DNA of 63,976 nucleotides, counting the filler, from Octopus bimaculoides (Eukaryota), in the NCBI RefSeq assembly GCF_001194135.2. It is 5 parts of 5 records of this genome, joined end to end, with 100 filler letters (N's around TTAATTAATTAA, not from the genome) between each part and the next. Parts side by side here need not be neighbours in the genome. Positions count along the whole stretch, not along the records: positions 1 to 26,452 come from NC_068987.1; 4 more parts are not named here. The stretch is one strand, 5' to 3'. Of the stretch, positions 1-13,286 are shown piece by piece. How positions within the stretch are numbered: the first letter of the stretch is position 1; every line of letters starts with the position of its first letter. A program made the translations under genes and the position numbers. The notes beneath the pieces were generated by a model. The model had not been told where the DNA came from. It did not search any database and worked only from the letters and a program-made list of their open reading frames with translations.

Positions 1-252
1 TTGCTCGTGTTTTGTGGCTATTTGTATTAGTTTTCTTTGCTTCTGGAGTAAATATTTTTGCAGTCCTATGGTGGTTATTTTATAATAGTTTTCCAACTGT
101 ATAAGCCCCCAACCCCCTTCTATGCGTTGTATATATAGCCTTTCTATGTCAGATTTTGGGTGGTGCATCCTATATCCTGTCATTATTTTTCTTGTTTTCC
201 TGTCTATTTTAGATATTATAATTATCTTTATTATTAATATTATTATTATTAT

Positions 253-313
253 TATTATTATTATTCGAATTCAGAATCTTGGGGTTAGTAGCCCGCGTTC
301 TAAACCACTATGC
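253..313 (-). mobile_element. tRNA-like SINE head of the same family as 27349-27404
   Basis: cagaatcttggggttagtagcccgcgttctaaaccactatgcc matches 27360-27402 and is followed on the minus strand by (AAT)n. Confidence 0.55.
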
Positions 314-603
314 CATATACCTGTGGGCATATGGCGTAGTGGTTAAGCATACACGCACACACACACACACACACATATGTACAGGCATACATACCGATGT
401 TACTATATTTTGGCTTACGAGCAAGTACTTCATGCACATTGTAAATTTTATAGTTCATTGAAGCTAAATTCTCCACTTCAGCCTTGAGATTCACTCTTAA
501 ATTGGTCGTTAGGTGGGAACTGTTATTTTTCGGTTAACTATTCTTTTATATTTTATGCCTGTATATGTTTATGCACGCACGCACGTACATAATATAGATA
601 TAT

Positions 604-634
<31 letters not shown>

Positions 635-2748
635 GTCAGATAATTTAAATGAAAATGAGGTAAGTAAAATAACTTGTATCGATCAGTGGCATGTATTTGA
701 ATAGCATACTAGCATGTCAAGAAAATCTTGACATATCAAAATTTTTTCCACCTTTAGAGGATATACAATAATTACCGAAAAGAAATTCTAATCAGCTTTA
801 CTTGAGAAGGGGAGATAATATCTAGATCTAAGTTTTCTCCAAAACTGACACGCCAATGAGGAAAGGGACTGACTTATTGACTGGTGATATGAAGACAGTC
901 AAATATGCGTATTTCTGGTTCTGAACCTTCACCAGCACGACGATTTTGGAACCTTATCTTTAGCACTCAATATACCCAGACTTATACAAAACAAAGTAAA
1001 AAGACAGTAATATATAGATATGTATAGACCTAAACATATTCTCCATTTCTATGTACGTATCTAAGTATACGTCTATCGACATTTATGTGTGTGCGTGTGT
1101 GTGTGTGTAGACAGTGAGAGAGGGGGAGGAGGGAGAGAAAGTGAATATCTGTTATCAATCACTTGATGTAGGCGAAATTAAGAGGTCTTCTTGTCAAAAG
1201 AGGTATGATCTTATTTGCATTCTCCACATCTGAAATTTTGTTTCCAACACACACACGCGCTCTTTTCTGCGCGCACACACACGCGGAATCAATCAAGCAC
1301 ACATACACACACACATACACACACACACACACACACACTCACACACACATAAAAAGCGTATATTCTATATTATGGTAAAAATATATGGAAACAAAAGCAC
1401 GTACATGCACACGTATACGCTCAAATCTGCACATACGTACTCAAATACACAATATATATAGACACACGCACACACACATATATACTGATGTATTTATATG
1501 TGCAAGATTATATTCATACACACACACACAAACATATATATATGTATATATATTTGTCTGTCTGTGTAAGTATATGTCTCAGAGTAGAAACATACACACA
1601 TGTATAGTTATATACATGCACATACACATACATAGATATGTATGTGTGTAAATTATATATTCATTTATAGGTGTGTATATATTATATCCGTTTGTAAGCC
1701 TGTTTGTGTTTTCATTTTATCTTTATGTTTTGTGCATCTAAAAAGCTACTAGTCGTACCAGTGTGAGTGTATGTTTGTGTGTATGTATGTGTGAGTATGT
1801 GTATGTGTCTGTTTGTATGATTAGATATTGACCTCTATATCTCTAGCGCCATCTTTATATATGTCTATATATCTACCAGTCTGTCTACCTGTCTTTATCT
1901 TTGTATCTATGTGTGGGTCTATTTTTATATCCTTACATCCCACCGGGTGATAGACGTCCTTTGCCAGACCATTAATACTTTTAATAACGTCTGTTCATCA
2001 CAGCAATATTTCCTTACGTCGGAAACAGCAACAAGAGGAATATCATCATCTAGAAGAACACCATCGACAGTACCTCTACCGCCACCGCCACCACAACAAC
2101 AAATACATCCTCATCACTACCATCAGCATTATCCCTGACAACAATAACAACAACTGCAGTGACAACATTCCATTCTTCACAGTAAAAGCACCAAAAACAA
2201 CACCAAAGATAATACCATTAGATGTAGTTTCATTTGTAACCGAAAGCAGAACCAACATCAACGGCAACAACTATGTCAGCGTTCAACTAATAATAGTAAT
2301 AGCATCAACAACAATAACATCATTGATAACACCATTAGCGGGATACGAAGACGAATTAGCAAGCAAATATTTAAAGAAGAGAAAAACAAAACAAAAAAAA
2401 GAAGACATCACCATTATGATGCGAAAGAGAGAAAACTTTTCCTCGTTAGCCCAACCTACAAGAAATATTAACAACGGAATATCTCTCAAAATCACTCCAC
2501 GTCGCGTTAACTAACAATACAAGATGGCTACTGAAGATAATGTAGTCCAGGATAATGTAGTCGTGACTCAAAAGAAAACGTGATGGTCTTGGATGGAACG
2601 TCTTTGTTGTCATAGGATTTTTTTTTTCTTCAGTCATGTCTGACGAACGAATACCGACAACAACAAGAACATGAGCAGCGCAGCGTGGTGAATTCATCTA
2701 TCGTCACCAACAACGCCCACGGCCTGGAGCTAAATGCGAACTACAGCA

Positions 2749-2749
<1 letters not shown>

Positions 2750-2832
<83 letters not shown>

Positions 2833-2838
2833 ACAGTA

Positions 2839-2878
<40 letters not shown>

Positions 2879-2967
2879 TTACTACTACTATTACTACTAC
2901 TACTACTACTACTGCAGCTGCTGCTGTTGCTGTTGCTGCTGCTACTACTACTACTACTACTACTACT
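2750..2967. repeat. Compound (CTA)n/(CTG)n trinucleotide repeat
   Basis: Direct reading: alternating CTA and CTG blocks. Confidence 0.95.
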
Positions 2968-3835
2968 AGGCAGCAAACAACAAGAAACACGGCAACCTTT
3001 CATATATTTTTAAGAACGCAGCATCAGCGGAAGATGTCAGATGAAAGGAAGAGCCATGGAGATGCTCAAAGTTCGCGGCGGCGGTTCTCATAATGATCTT
3101 TCAATATAAATATCAACCAGAATCTGACATTGAATTTTTCTTTTTCTTTTTTTCTTTTTTCTTTTTTTTTGTTTTTGTTTTTTTCGACTGGGCATACGGC
3201 CAAGGTTTGCAAATGGAAATACGACTGTAGTTTAAGCTAAATGAATCACATGTTACTACTATTGATATTTGATTTATCGACCAACCGACCCGAAATGGTA
3301 AAAAGCCATTGTTGCCCCAACCAGAATATTAACATATAGAAATATGAGAGGCTATGCACACTGGATGTTGCTGTTGTTATCATAGTCGCTTCTGTCGTTG
3401 TTGTTGCTGCTGCTGCTGTTTTTGTTGTTGTTGTTGTTGAGGTAATAGTAGTGATGGTGGTGTTGATGGTGGTGTTGATGGTGGTGTTGATGGTGGTGTT
3501 GGTGGTGGTGGTGGTGCTCTTGGTGGTGGTTGCTGTTTAGCGTCCAGATCAACTGAGAACGACCAATCTTTTCGCTAAAGTCATTCCAATAACGCCACCA
3601 TTCCATCTTCATAAGAAGAAATGATAAAAGCCATTGACGGTCCAAGCAGTATATTAACACACAGAAATATGAGGAGACACAGTCCTAGTCTACTATTGTT
3701 CATATTGTTGTTGTTTAGCTTCGGATCAACCAAGATGGAGTAGATTTATGATTAAAAGTTCTAGTTCTGGCAAATTCCTTTATTAAGGGAATGATAAAAG
3801 CCATTGATGGCCCACCCGATTTTTATATACCAATA

Positions 3836-4026
3836 GGCACAGGAGTGACTATGTGGTAAGTAGCTTGCTTACCAACCACATAGTTCTGGGTTCAGTCCCA
3901 CTGCGTGGAACCTTGGGCACTAGCCTCGGGCTGACCAAAGACTTGTGAGTGGATTTGGTAGACGGAAACTGAAAGAAGCCCATCGTATATATGTATGTAT
4001 ATATATATATATGTGTGTGTGGGTGT

Positions 4027-4071
<45 letters not shown>

Positions 4072-4298
4072 CGTTTGTGTGTCTGTGTTTGTCCCCCTCC
4101 CCAAGATCGCTTGACAACCGATGCTGGTGTATTTACATTCCCGTAACTTGGCGGTTCGGCAAAAAGTGACCGATAGAATAAGTACTAGGCTTACAAAGAA
4201 TAAGTTCTGGGGTTGATTTGCTCGACTAAAGGCGGTGCTCCATCATGGCCGCAGTCAATTGACTGAAATGAATGAAAGAGTAAGAGAGTAAAAGAGAA
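3836..4298 (+). mobile_element. SINE family A (tRNA head, GGAAACTGAAAGAAGCCC, internal TA/TG microsatellite, GGCGGTGCTCCAGCATGGCCGCAGTC tail), full length
   Basis: Head TGTGGTAAG...GGTTCAGTCCC. The same sequence recurs more than 10 times in the window. Confidence 0.85.
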
Positions 4299-4945
4299 TA
4301 TATGAGGGTACACATATATTTTCTCTTCTAATTAAGAACTTACATAAACCATGGATTTAAAAGCGTGCCACAAGTGACCAAATAATGGTGGCAAATTTTT
4401 GTACAAGGCCAGCAATTTTAGGGGAAGAGAATAGTCGATTATATCGAGCCTTATAACTGATTGTTTTTTTTTTAATTTCATCGTTCCTGAGAGGAGGATA
4501 GGTGATGGCCGACCTCGGCAGAATTTGAGCTCGGAGTGCTAAGAGCCGGAAGAAATGTCGCTATTTATCTTGTCCAACCCGTTAACGATTCTGTTAGCTT
4601 GCCACCTTAAGAGAAACAATAATCGCCGTTATTGGCTCTACAAAATGGGAATTATAAAACTATAAGGGAACATGCATATTCTTATTCTATTGTTGCTCAT
4701 TTTGTTTAACGCCAGGTCAACCCGAATCATTATAAACATAGCGAACATAATTATCAGAAAGCATGCAAAAAAAACATAACGTGCAAGTGGCTGAGAACAC
4801 CACAGCCACGTGTACCCTTAACGTAGTTTTTAGGGAGATTCAGCGTGACACAGAATGGGACAAGGCTGGCTCCTTTGAAGTACAGGCAAAAGTCATTCTT
4901 GTCAGTGGTACATATAAACACACGCACATGTATATCATACATTAT

Positions 4946-5000
<55 letters not shown>

Positions 5001-6361
5001 CATTGGACCACATTATGATAGGTTTGGTTTTAAAGAATCTTGGATGTGAAGGCTCTGATTTTATTTAGAACTTTTCTATTATAGCAAGTCAGGCGACTGT
5101 ACGGATGCTGATACCATATAGGTTTTATTTATTTATGACATCTACAGCGTAACTACAACATTCGAGAGAAATTTGACAAAGTAGAACAAGACAACTCTTG
5201 GGTTCTGGATGCCTGGTTCCTACTGGAATTTGAGTTTCTTTTTAGGGAGAGGTTCGGCAGATAGTCATCTGTCCTTTATTTGTTCAAAATCGAGACCAAT
5301 GTACAGGTTGAACACCTCCCAATAGGATCAAGACAGCTTTTGAATCCTAAATTATTGACTCACAGTATTTTAGCTTCCACAACTTTAGCTTTGCAAAGTT
5401 TCTATTTCCTATCGCTTAGTTTTGTCTTGTTTATAATTCCCCTTTTTACTTTGTATTTGGAGCCTTAAATACTTGTTTAATGTTGTTTCATGGGGACAAC
5501 CTTCAATATGAAGTTGTATGTATTTACTAGCGATCCACACAAGGATTTTAATGACGTTTTATACAATCTACAGATTTTATTGTCATGTTTCACCGACGAT
5601 AAAATCTTTCTTGCCTTCCTATGTTACGGAAGTTAAAATAACATGCTTTGCAAATGTCAGATTTTCATGTATTTTCATGTCTTTTCTCAACGTAATGAAG
5701 TATTCCTAGCTATGAATACTGTCGATTCTGAGGTTTTAAACTTCACCAAGGTGAATATTAAACTGCCTTCTCTCACTGCTGCTGTAGGTTCCGTTTCATG
5801 TTCATCTGAGCTTTAAATCCTCATTCTATTTCCTTTACGCTGCAAATAAAGACACCATATAAGAAAATAAAAACGAAAACAATAAACAAAAGTGTTCAGG
5901 AAAATAATTATATCGAGGTGGAGCCATGATAGCCTTTCAAAACAAAGGTATAACGTATTATTTACTTTGCTTATATTTAGTGAGTAAATTATATAATTAT
6001 AGAATGTCAAAAACGTTTGTCGCACACCTAGGACCAGGTCACATGCAATGGAATATAGTCTCGGTGACCACAGTGTAGATGTACGACAAAATATGTTGGC
6101 ATTTATGGCATAGAATACTATCAAGATACATAAGTGAACAAGAACGTAAGCGTATATGTTACTGCTTCATCGTTAATGTATAACGTGAGATCAAGTCTTC
6201 TAACGGACAAAGCGATGGCAGTCGCTCTTCCAATCAAACCAAGGAGATTTGGGGTTTGTTTTTTGCTTTTTTTTCACTTTTTTTTCTAGTTTTGGAACTA
6301 CACCTATAATAGGGCACCGCTTGGAAGGCTTTAGTCTGAGAAAATTCTTGTATTCTTATAT

Positions 6362-6687
6362 TCTTTTATTCGTTTCTGTCAATTGACTGCGGCCATGCTG
6401 GAGCACCGCCTTTAGTCGAGCAAATCTACCCCAGAACTTATTATTTGTAAACCTAGTACTTATTTTATCTGTTCTATTTTGCTGAACCGCTAAGTTATGG
6501 GGCCGTAAACGCACCAGCATCGGTCATCAAGCTATGTTGGGGTGGGTGAACCAAACACAGATACATAAACATNNNNNNNNNNNNNNNNNNNNNNNNNNNN
6601 NNNNNNNNNNNNNNNNNNNNNNNNNNNNNNNNNNNNNNNNNNNNNNNNNNNNNNNNNNNNNNNNNNNNNNNNNNACACACACACATG

Positions 6688-6732
<45 letters not shown>

Positions 6733-6891
6733 GAAGGGCTTCTTTCAGTTTCCGTCAACCAAATCCACTCACAAGGCTTTGGTCGGCCCGAGGCTATAGT
6801 AGAAGACACTTGGCCAAGTTGCCACTCAGTGTGACTGAACCCGGAGCCATGTGGTTGGTCAGCTAACTATTTACCACACAGCCACTCCTGC
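6362..6891 (-). mobile_element. SINE family A copy spanning an N gap
   Basis: Reverse complement of 3836-4298; the gap lies in the internal microsatellite. Confidence 0.85.
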
Positions 6892-7199
6892 ACATCAGTA
6901 CTTATTTTGTTTATAAGTCGGACACTTATTCAAACGAATCTTTTGCTTGAACCGTTAGGTTATGAGAACGTAAACAAATCGACACCGGTTATCAAGCGAT
7001 GGTGGAAGACAAAAACAAAGACACATACACAAACGCGCGCGTATGTGTGTGGGGGGGAGGAGCTTCCGCACAGTTTCTGTCTACCAAATACACATACATG
7101 GTATAGATCGGCCTGGGACTATAGCGGACTGCGAAGTACACCTGAACTCGAACGCAAGTGGTTGCAATGCGAGCTTCTTAACCACACAGCCATGGCTAT

Positions 7200-8060
7200 C
7201 GGTCACCACTCCAAAGTGTCTGCGTGTCTCGGCGAGAGAGTGGAATGTAAACGTAGAATGCGAAGATCCAAGACAGATACAGCAAAGGAATCCCTTCCGA
7301 CTTTCTAACATTTCCACTAAACAACCGCCCTGAACTGGTACAATTTTTCCATCAACCACGAAAGGATACAAATGGAATTTGACTTCGGAACATAGCGAGT
7401 TGAAGCAAATATCTCGAAGTATAATGTATCCATCACCTTGTTGGCTTTATAGAATACTAACATGCTGAAAACCATTATAATCCTTAATTTCATTGAGTTT
7501 ATCAGTGTGAATAGGTTTATACAAGAGTATTGCCGTAATGCGACTACAATCAACGACTTCGAGTGTTACCTGATTCAATGATATCATTTGTTTCGAATGC
7601 ACGAAGCGATTTTGCATTGGTTGAGGATGATAGCGATGACTTTTTATGGAAGACTTTACGTAATGGGATTTCGAGAATGCGTTCACATATTTTCACAGAA
7701 TGTCACAAAGCTAGATTGTACGAGTTATTGAACACGCTGACATCAGTCTAATCCATCCAGATCGATACTGAGATATTGGTCATCCAAGATTGTGGCACGA
7801 CACCATCTGGGATGATCTTGGTATCTGTACACGGAACGTCGCCACTTTTTTAAATTGCAGATTTTTCAACTTCTGCTACACTGATTAATGGCAATAGATC
7901 AAAGTATGGTTCAATAATTATACTCAGTGAGTCAAGAAACGTGTTACTATATGTCATTAGCAATCGATAAGGTTGACATTCGGCAGAGTCGTTACAGCAG
8001 CATAACGTGTCGTTATGTCGCGCGGCATTTTTTGCGGGTTGATACCTACTGAGTTCCAAT
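7200..8060 (-). mobile_element. Degenerate BEL/Pao LTR retrotransposon gag fragment (DUF1759-like plus CCHC-like)
   Basis: Minus-strand translation through stops: FLDSLSII...VEKSAI*KSG ... NNSYNLAL*H ... TNAKSLRAF ... SHYGNTLV, then LCCICLGSSHSTF. The order and words follow the Pao gag pattern (recall). Confidence 0.5.
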
Positions 8061-8192
8061 TATAGCAAGTCCGTTAGTAATTTTTAACCTTTCAAATTTT
8101 TTCTGAAGAACATTATTTTTCTTTGTGGTTGAGTCTTTGATGACCTCTTTCTAGAATATCGGATATCCACTTAGTGGTCATCCCTTCTTATA

Positions 8193-8240
<48 letters not shown>

Positions 8241-8555
8241 ATATGAGAATTGTCCCCCTCTATAAATTCAGGGACGATGCAACCTAAAATCAGCGCATTA
8301 GCGAAGAGTCATATTTTATAGCAAAATATAAACCCCTTTTGAATGCTTCTACCACAGTTGACACTACTGCAAGGGCCTTAGAATAAAATCCACGCAAAGA
8401 CTAAAAACGATATATGCAGAACAATTTCTACCCATGAATTTATTCAGAACGATTTCAATCACTACTGCTATAACCAAAGAGGTCACTTTCAGGTCTCTTG
8501 ACCATCTAAGAAGATTTTACAAACAGTCTACGACTGTCATATCATACCACTCCCA

Positions 8556-8644
8556 TCTTCTTCTTCTTCTTCTTCTTCTTCTTCTTCTTCTTCTTCTTCT
8601 TCTTCTTCTTCTTCTTCTTCTTCTTCTTCTTCTTCTTCTTCTTC
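8556..8644. repeat. (CTT)n microsatellite
   Basis: About 29 perfect units. Confidence 0.95.
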
Positions 8645-9379
8645 GCCGTCTCCTTCCTCGGCTACTGCTGCTTAAACAATCAAAATCCAGAACCAGCATC
8701 CCTCATATTAGATATTTCTTCAGATCTGCTAGTGCCTACCTATGGAGTCTTCACAAAAGTAAAAGAGAAGGAGACAGAAAAAAGGAAAATGTCCACCTAT
8801 TTGAAAACTATGGAAATATTTTTTTTAAATATTTCATTTAATTTTTCCACAATTTAATTATTTTTCATGCCTTACTCTAAGTTGAAAAAAGTCGCGGTAC
8901 TAATTGATTATCTCACCCCCATTAAAGCATTGCCATTAAAAAATTGGGCTATTTCTCCACTAAAAAATTGAGTTATTGTGGCGACAAGAGATTGCAGTAA
9001 AAGAGTTAGATACTTTTGATTCAATTGTAATGGTATGTTTTGATATATAAAAGTTATCAGATTCAGTAAGATTAATTTTTTTCAGTCTTCATGTTTATCA
9101 ATTTTTTCAGTTTTCAAGTTTATTTATCTTTTCAGTTTTCATGTTTATTTATCTTTTCAGTTCTCCTGTTTATTAATATTTTTCATTTTTTTTCTTTTGC
9201 TTTATTGAGGATTAAACAACCTTTTTTTAGTTGAGGGGGATAACCAAATGTCCCGATATTTCTCGTAAAACGAGGGAACAAGGTGATACGCAGTAGGATG
9301 AGAACCCAGAACCATGTGGTCGGTCAGTAAGCTACGTACCACACAACCACTCCTGAGAGAGAGAGGGAGAGGGAGAGAT

Positions 9380-9418
<39 letters not shown>

Positions 9419-11308
9419 GAGATACCTGCGTACATTTATATATATATATACATACACACACACAAACATATACACATTTATACATATTCATAAATGTATA
9501 TATGAATATACGTGTGTGCGTACATAAGTATATAGGAACATATATGCACTAACACGCGCACACGCATACACACATACAGATGTATGATGAACTTCCGTAC
9601 AGTTTCTGTCAGTCATATTTTGCCCCCAAGCCTTTACTTCAACCCACTTGTCTTTGTAGTTGTTCTGGTTATCAGTGTTGTTGTTGTTGTTTCTGTTTTT
9701 TGTTGTTGTTGTTGTTGTTGTTGTTGTTGCTCTACTATTAGATATCGCTTGGGAATATTTCGTTTTTATCTTCTCCAAAATAGAATTGAAAATCCTCAGC
9801 GACATGAGATATCCGAGTGATGAGATCAGTGCTCATCAGATATACAGTTGATGCCTGTCTCAGCGTTTCACCCACTGGTCATATATTAATGATTTTCATA
9901 TGCTAATGATATCTTTGATGATGATAATGATGATGACGACGACGGTGATGACGATGATGATGACGATAAAACACCAACAACTATCCTACAGCTACTACTA
10001 CCACTAATAATAATAATAATAATAATAATAATAGATATGTTAATGATTTCTGTTATTGATTTCCATAAAATAATGATTTCTAATACAGGCCACGCGGCTA
10101 TAGATTTGGTAGGTGGATGATTGCAGTCGATTATATCGACCGAATTGTTTAGTTCGAAGTACAAGGCTTAACAACAGCAGCAACAACAACAGCAACAAAT
10201 ACAGCAATATTAATATCAGCATAATGAAGACTTTCCACGAGACCAACAACATTACATTAACATGAACCATCTACCACAATAACAATGACATCATCTCACC
10301 ACATCTTATCATGTCAGGGAGCGGCACGGGCGAACCCTGTCGTTCAAATTGCTTTTCACAGTGGTACTGAAAATGACATTTCCATGACGCAAGCTTCAGT
10401 TGGCTGGATACAGATCCTGGCTAAATTGACCAGATGACAAACCTTCCAAGGTTTCATTGGTGTTACCAGTTACCAAAATGAAGCCCATTCGACTTCACTT
10501 GTGAGGAATATGTTTGGCACCAGTTACCGTTTAAATGTTGTAAAAGGCTCGAGTTGAATATCAGACCATCCTTTGGGATTCCACGCTGTATTCGTTATAG
10601 ACTGACTCCATAATCTTTGTCTGACAAAGCAGTAAATTCATTTACGTGTTCCAGTTACGAGCAACATTACTGAGGCTTCTTTGTTTAACTTGACTAACAT
10701 TGCTTTTGTTTTTTAGCAACTAATCTATCCTGGGTAAACGGACCTATGATCAAACTTATCCCAGTCGTGACCATCCATTTTTATTTTCTGGTGTATCTAG
10801 CACTATTTTATCTAATGATTCCTTCTCATTTTTAAGACAGATTTTTAATTTGAGAGACATTCAGCTTTTATTTAATAAAGGCGTTGAGTTCGAATAGAGA
10901 ATCATGCCTTATCAAGCATTCTGTGATGTTGAAGTGCTTCTTGTGCTTCCTCTGTCGTAACAAAAAGTACCAGCCATCCACCTTCATAGACATATATATG
11001 CGTTCCGATGTTCTCGTCACAAGGAAGTGTCAACAAATATATTGGCTGAATCTACAAGCGAGACCAACCAAGGCCAAGGATATTATTCAAGCATATCACC
11101 TGCAGTTTTCTTGGTCTCCTTGCCGTATATTCTGTCCAAAATAATTTTGCTTAGACACTCTATCTGTACGTCCTTTGTAGCGGAGCTGTGACGGATATGA
11201 AAAGTCTTGCCATAGTAATTTGACCAGCGCCATTGATTCGACGTTGACATTTTTTTTTACATCAGACGCTTTAACGTTTCTCTCGTTATCTTCTTTTATC
11301 GCTGTTTC

Positions 11309-11421
<113 letters not shown>

Positions 11422-13249
11422 ATCCCTCTTTCTCTCTCCGTTTGTATGTGTGCGTTTATGTGCGTGAGCAAATTCATCTTTAAGCGTACGAGGAGAGGGA
11501 AAGTGTTTCTGTCAATCATGTTCAATTAATAAATTGTTTCTTCACTTTCCTCTCTCCTCCCTCCACCTCTCTCCCGTCTCCCTCTCTCACCATCTCTATT
11601 TATATGTGTATCTTTCTGAGCATGTGGATATGTGTCTGTGCGTGTGTGTTCTCCGCCAGTGCCAAAAAGTACAGTCATTAAAACAGGTTGATCATCCAGT
11701 CAACCATGCCAAATCACCAGCAGCCAAAAAGCCGCTCCCACTTGTCTCATTTCGAACAGTGTCATCTCAAAGAAGAGAAATTATGACTCAAACGCGAGCG
11801 AATACCTAATTCCATTATCAACTCTGCCGAATTATGGAGCTGCAGAGACTATACGGATGAACCTTTTTCGGTCGACTATATCAATATGTTCCCTTGTTTA
11901 ACTCTACTACATAGTCCTTCAATGCCCTCAGCGGTTGAAACCGGGTCTTGGATGCGAGAGTACCTTCTTCCTTTTCTTTAACGAGACCCATAGGCTCCGA
12001 AAAGATTTATGATAACTGCACTTCATCCTAAACAAAGATCTTTAAAACACTTACACATCCGCATACGTACATACATTACACATACATACATCGTACAAAC
12101 GCACATACATATATATACATATTTATATACATACATACACGCAGAAAGACAGACAAATAGGCAGACAGACTGACAAACAGACCATTAATCTGTTCAACTT
12201 GTACGTTTTGAAATATAGATAAACTTGGAAGTGTCATACATATACATATATACACACACACAGGATATATATATATATATTATTGCATTTTCTATATTTA
12301 TATATGTATATATATATGGATATGTATATATATATGTATATGTATATATCTATATAACTGTGTGTGTATATATATNNNNNNNNNNNNNNNNNNNNNNNNN
12401 NNNNNNNNNNNNNNNNNNNNNNNNNNNNNNNNNNNNNNNNNNNNNNNNNNNNNNNNNNNNNNNNNNNNNNNNNNNNNNNNNNNNNNNNNNNNNNNNNNNN
12501 NNNNNNNNNNNNNNNNNNNNNNNNNNNNNNNNNNNNNNNNNNNNNNNNNNNNNNNNNNNNNNNNNNNNNNNNNNNNNNNNNNNNNNNNNNNNNNNNNNNN
12601 NNNNNNNNNNNNNNNNNNNNNNNNNNNNNNNNNNNNNNNNNNNNNNNNNNNNNNNNNNNNNNNNNNNNNNNNNNNNNNNNNNNNNNNNNNNNNNNNNNNN
12701 NNNNNNNNNNNNNNNNNNNNNNNNNNNNNNNNNNNNNNNNNNNNNNNNNNNNNNNNNNNNNNNNNNNNNNNNNNNNNNNNNNNNNNNNNNNNNNNNNNNN
12801 NNNNNNNNNNNNNNNNNNNNNNNNNNNNNNNNNNNNNNNNNNNNNNNNNNNNNNNNNNNNNNNNNNNNNNNNNNNNNNNNNNNNNNNNNNNNNNNNNNNN
12901 NNNNNNNNNNNNNNNNNNNNNNNNNNNNNNNNNNNNNNNNNNNNNNNNNNNNNNNNNNNNNNNNNNNNNNNNNNNNNNNNNNNNNNNNNNNNNNNNNNNN
13001 NNNNNNNNNNNNNNNNNNNNNNNNNNNNTCGGATAGCCAACTGCAAGTACATATACACGCACACACACACACACGCATATAACCTTGCATCTAATTTTAT
13101 TCAAATAGTGTAAATATGAGGCTTAACAACTTACAATTCAACAGAAAATTTAATATACGGTTTGCTTAAATTGATGATGAAAAAAATAATATTGATTTAT
13201 TTGTTCAATTTTTCCATTTGTTCTGAAAACAGTGTTTCTCTAGGCTTTA

Positions 13250-13286
<37 letters not shown>

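Noticed and set aside
3295-3835. Three local similar segments starting AAAAGCCATTG
   Set aside because: They look like diverged pieces of another dispersed repeat (possibly related text near 10710 and 41910), not a distinct functional array.
5050-5810. Helitron-like words on the minus strand (FILKVVPM, KAKVVEAKIL)
   Set aside because: Weak, in different frames, and could be chance in AT-rich DNA.
9833-9839. Another CTGATGA on the minus strand
   Set aside because: No stem II/GAAA follows, so it is not a hammerhead.
10320-10680. Gypsy integrase-like wording on + (IAFHSGTE, SYQNEAHSTS)
   Set aside because: No DDE residues in convincing spacing.
10880-11140. Trypsin-like YPWPWLVSL on the minus strand
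   Set aside because: Flanked by stops, with no TAAHC or splice support.
12225-13113. Long ORFs in the track rich in X, YI, HT, CV, RE or LS repeats (here and throughout)
   Set aside because: They are translations of N gaps and di/tetranucleotide microsatellites.
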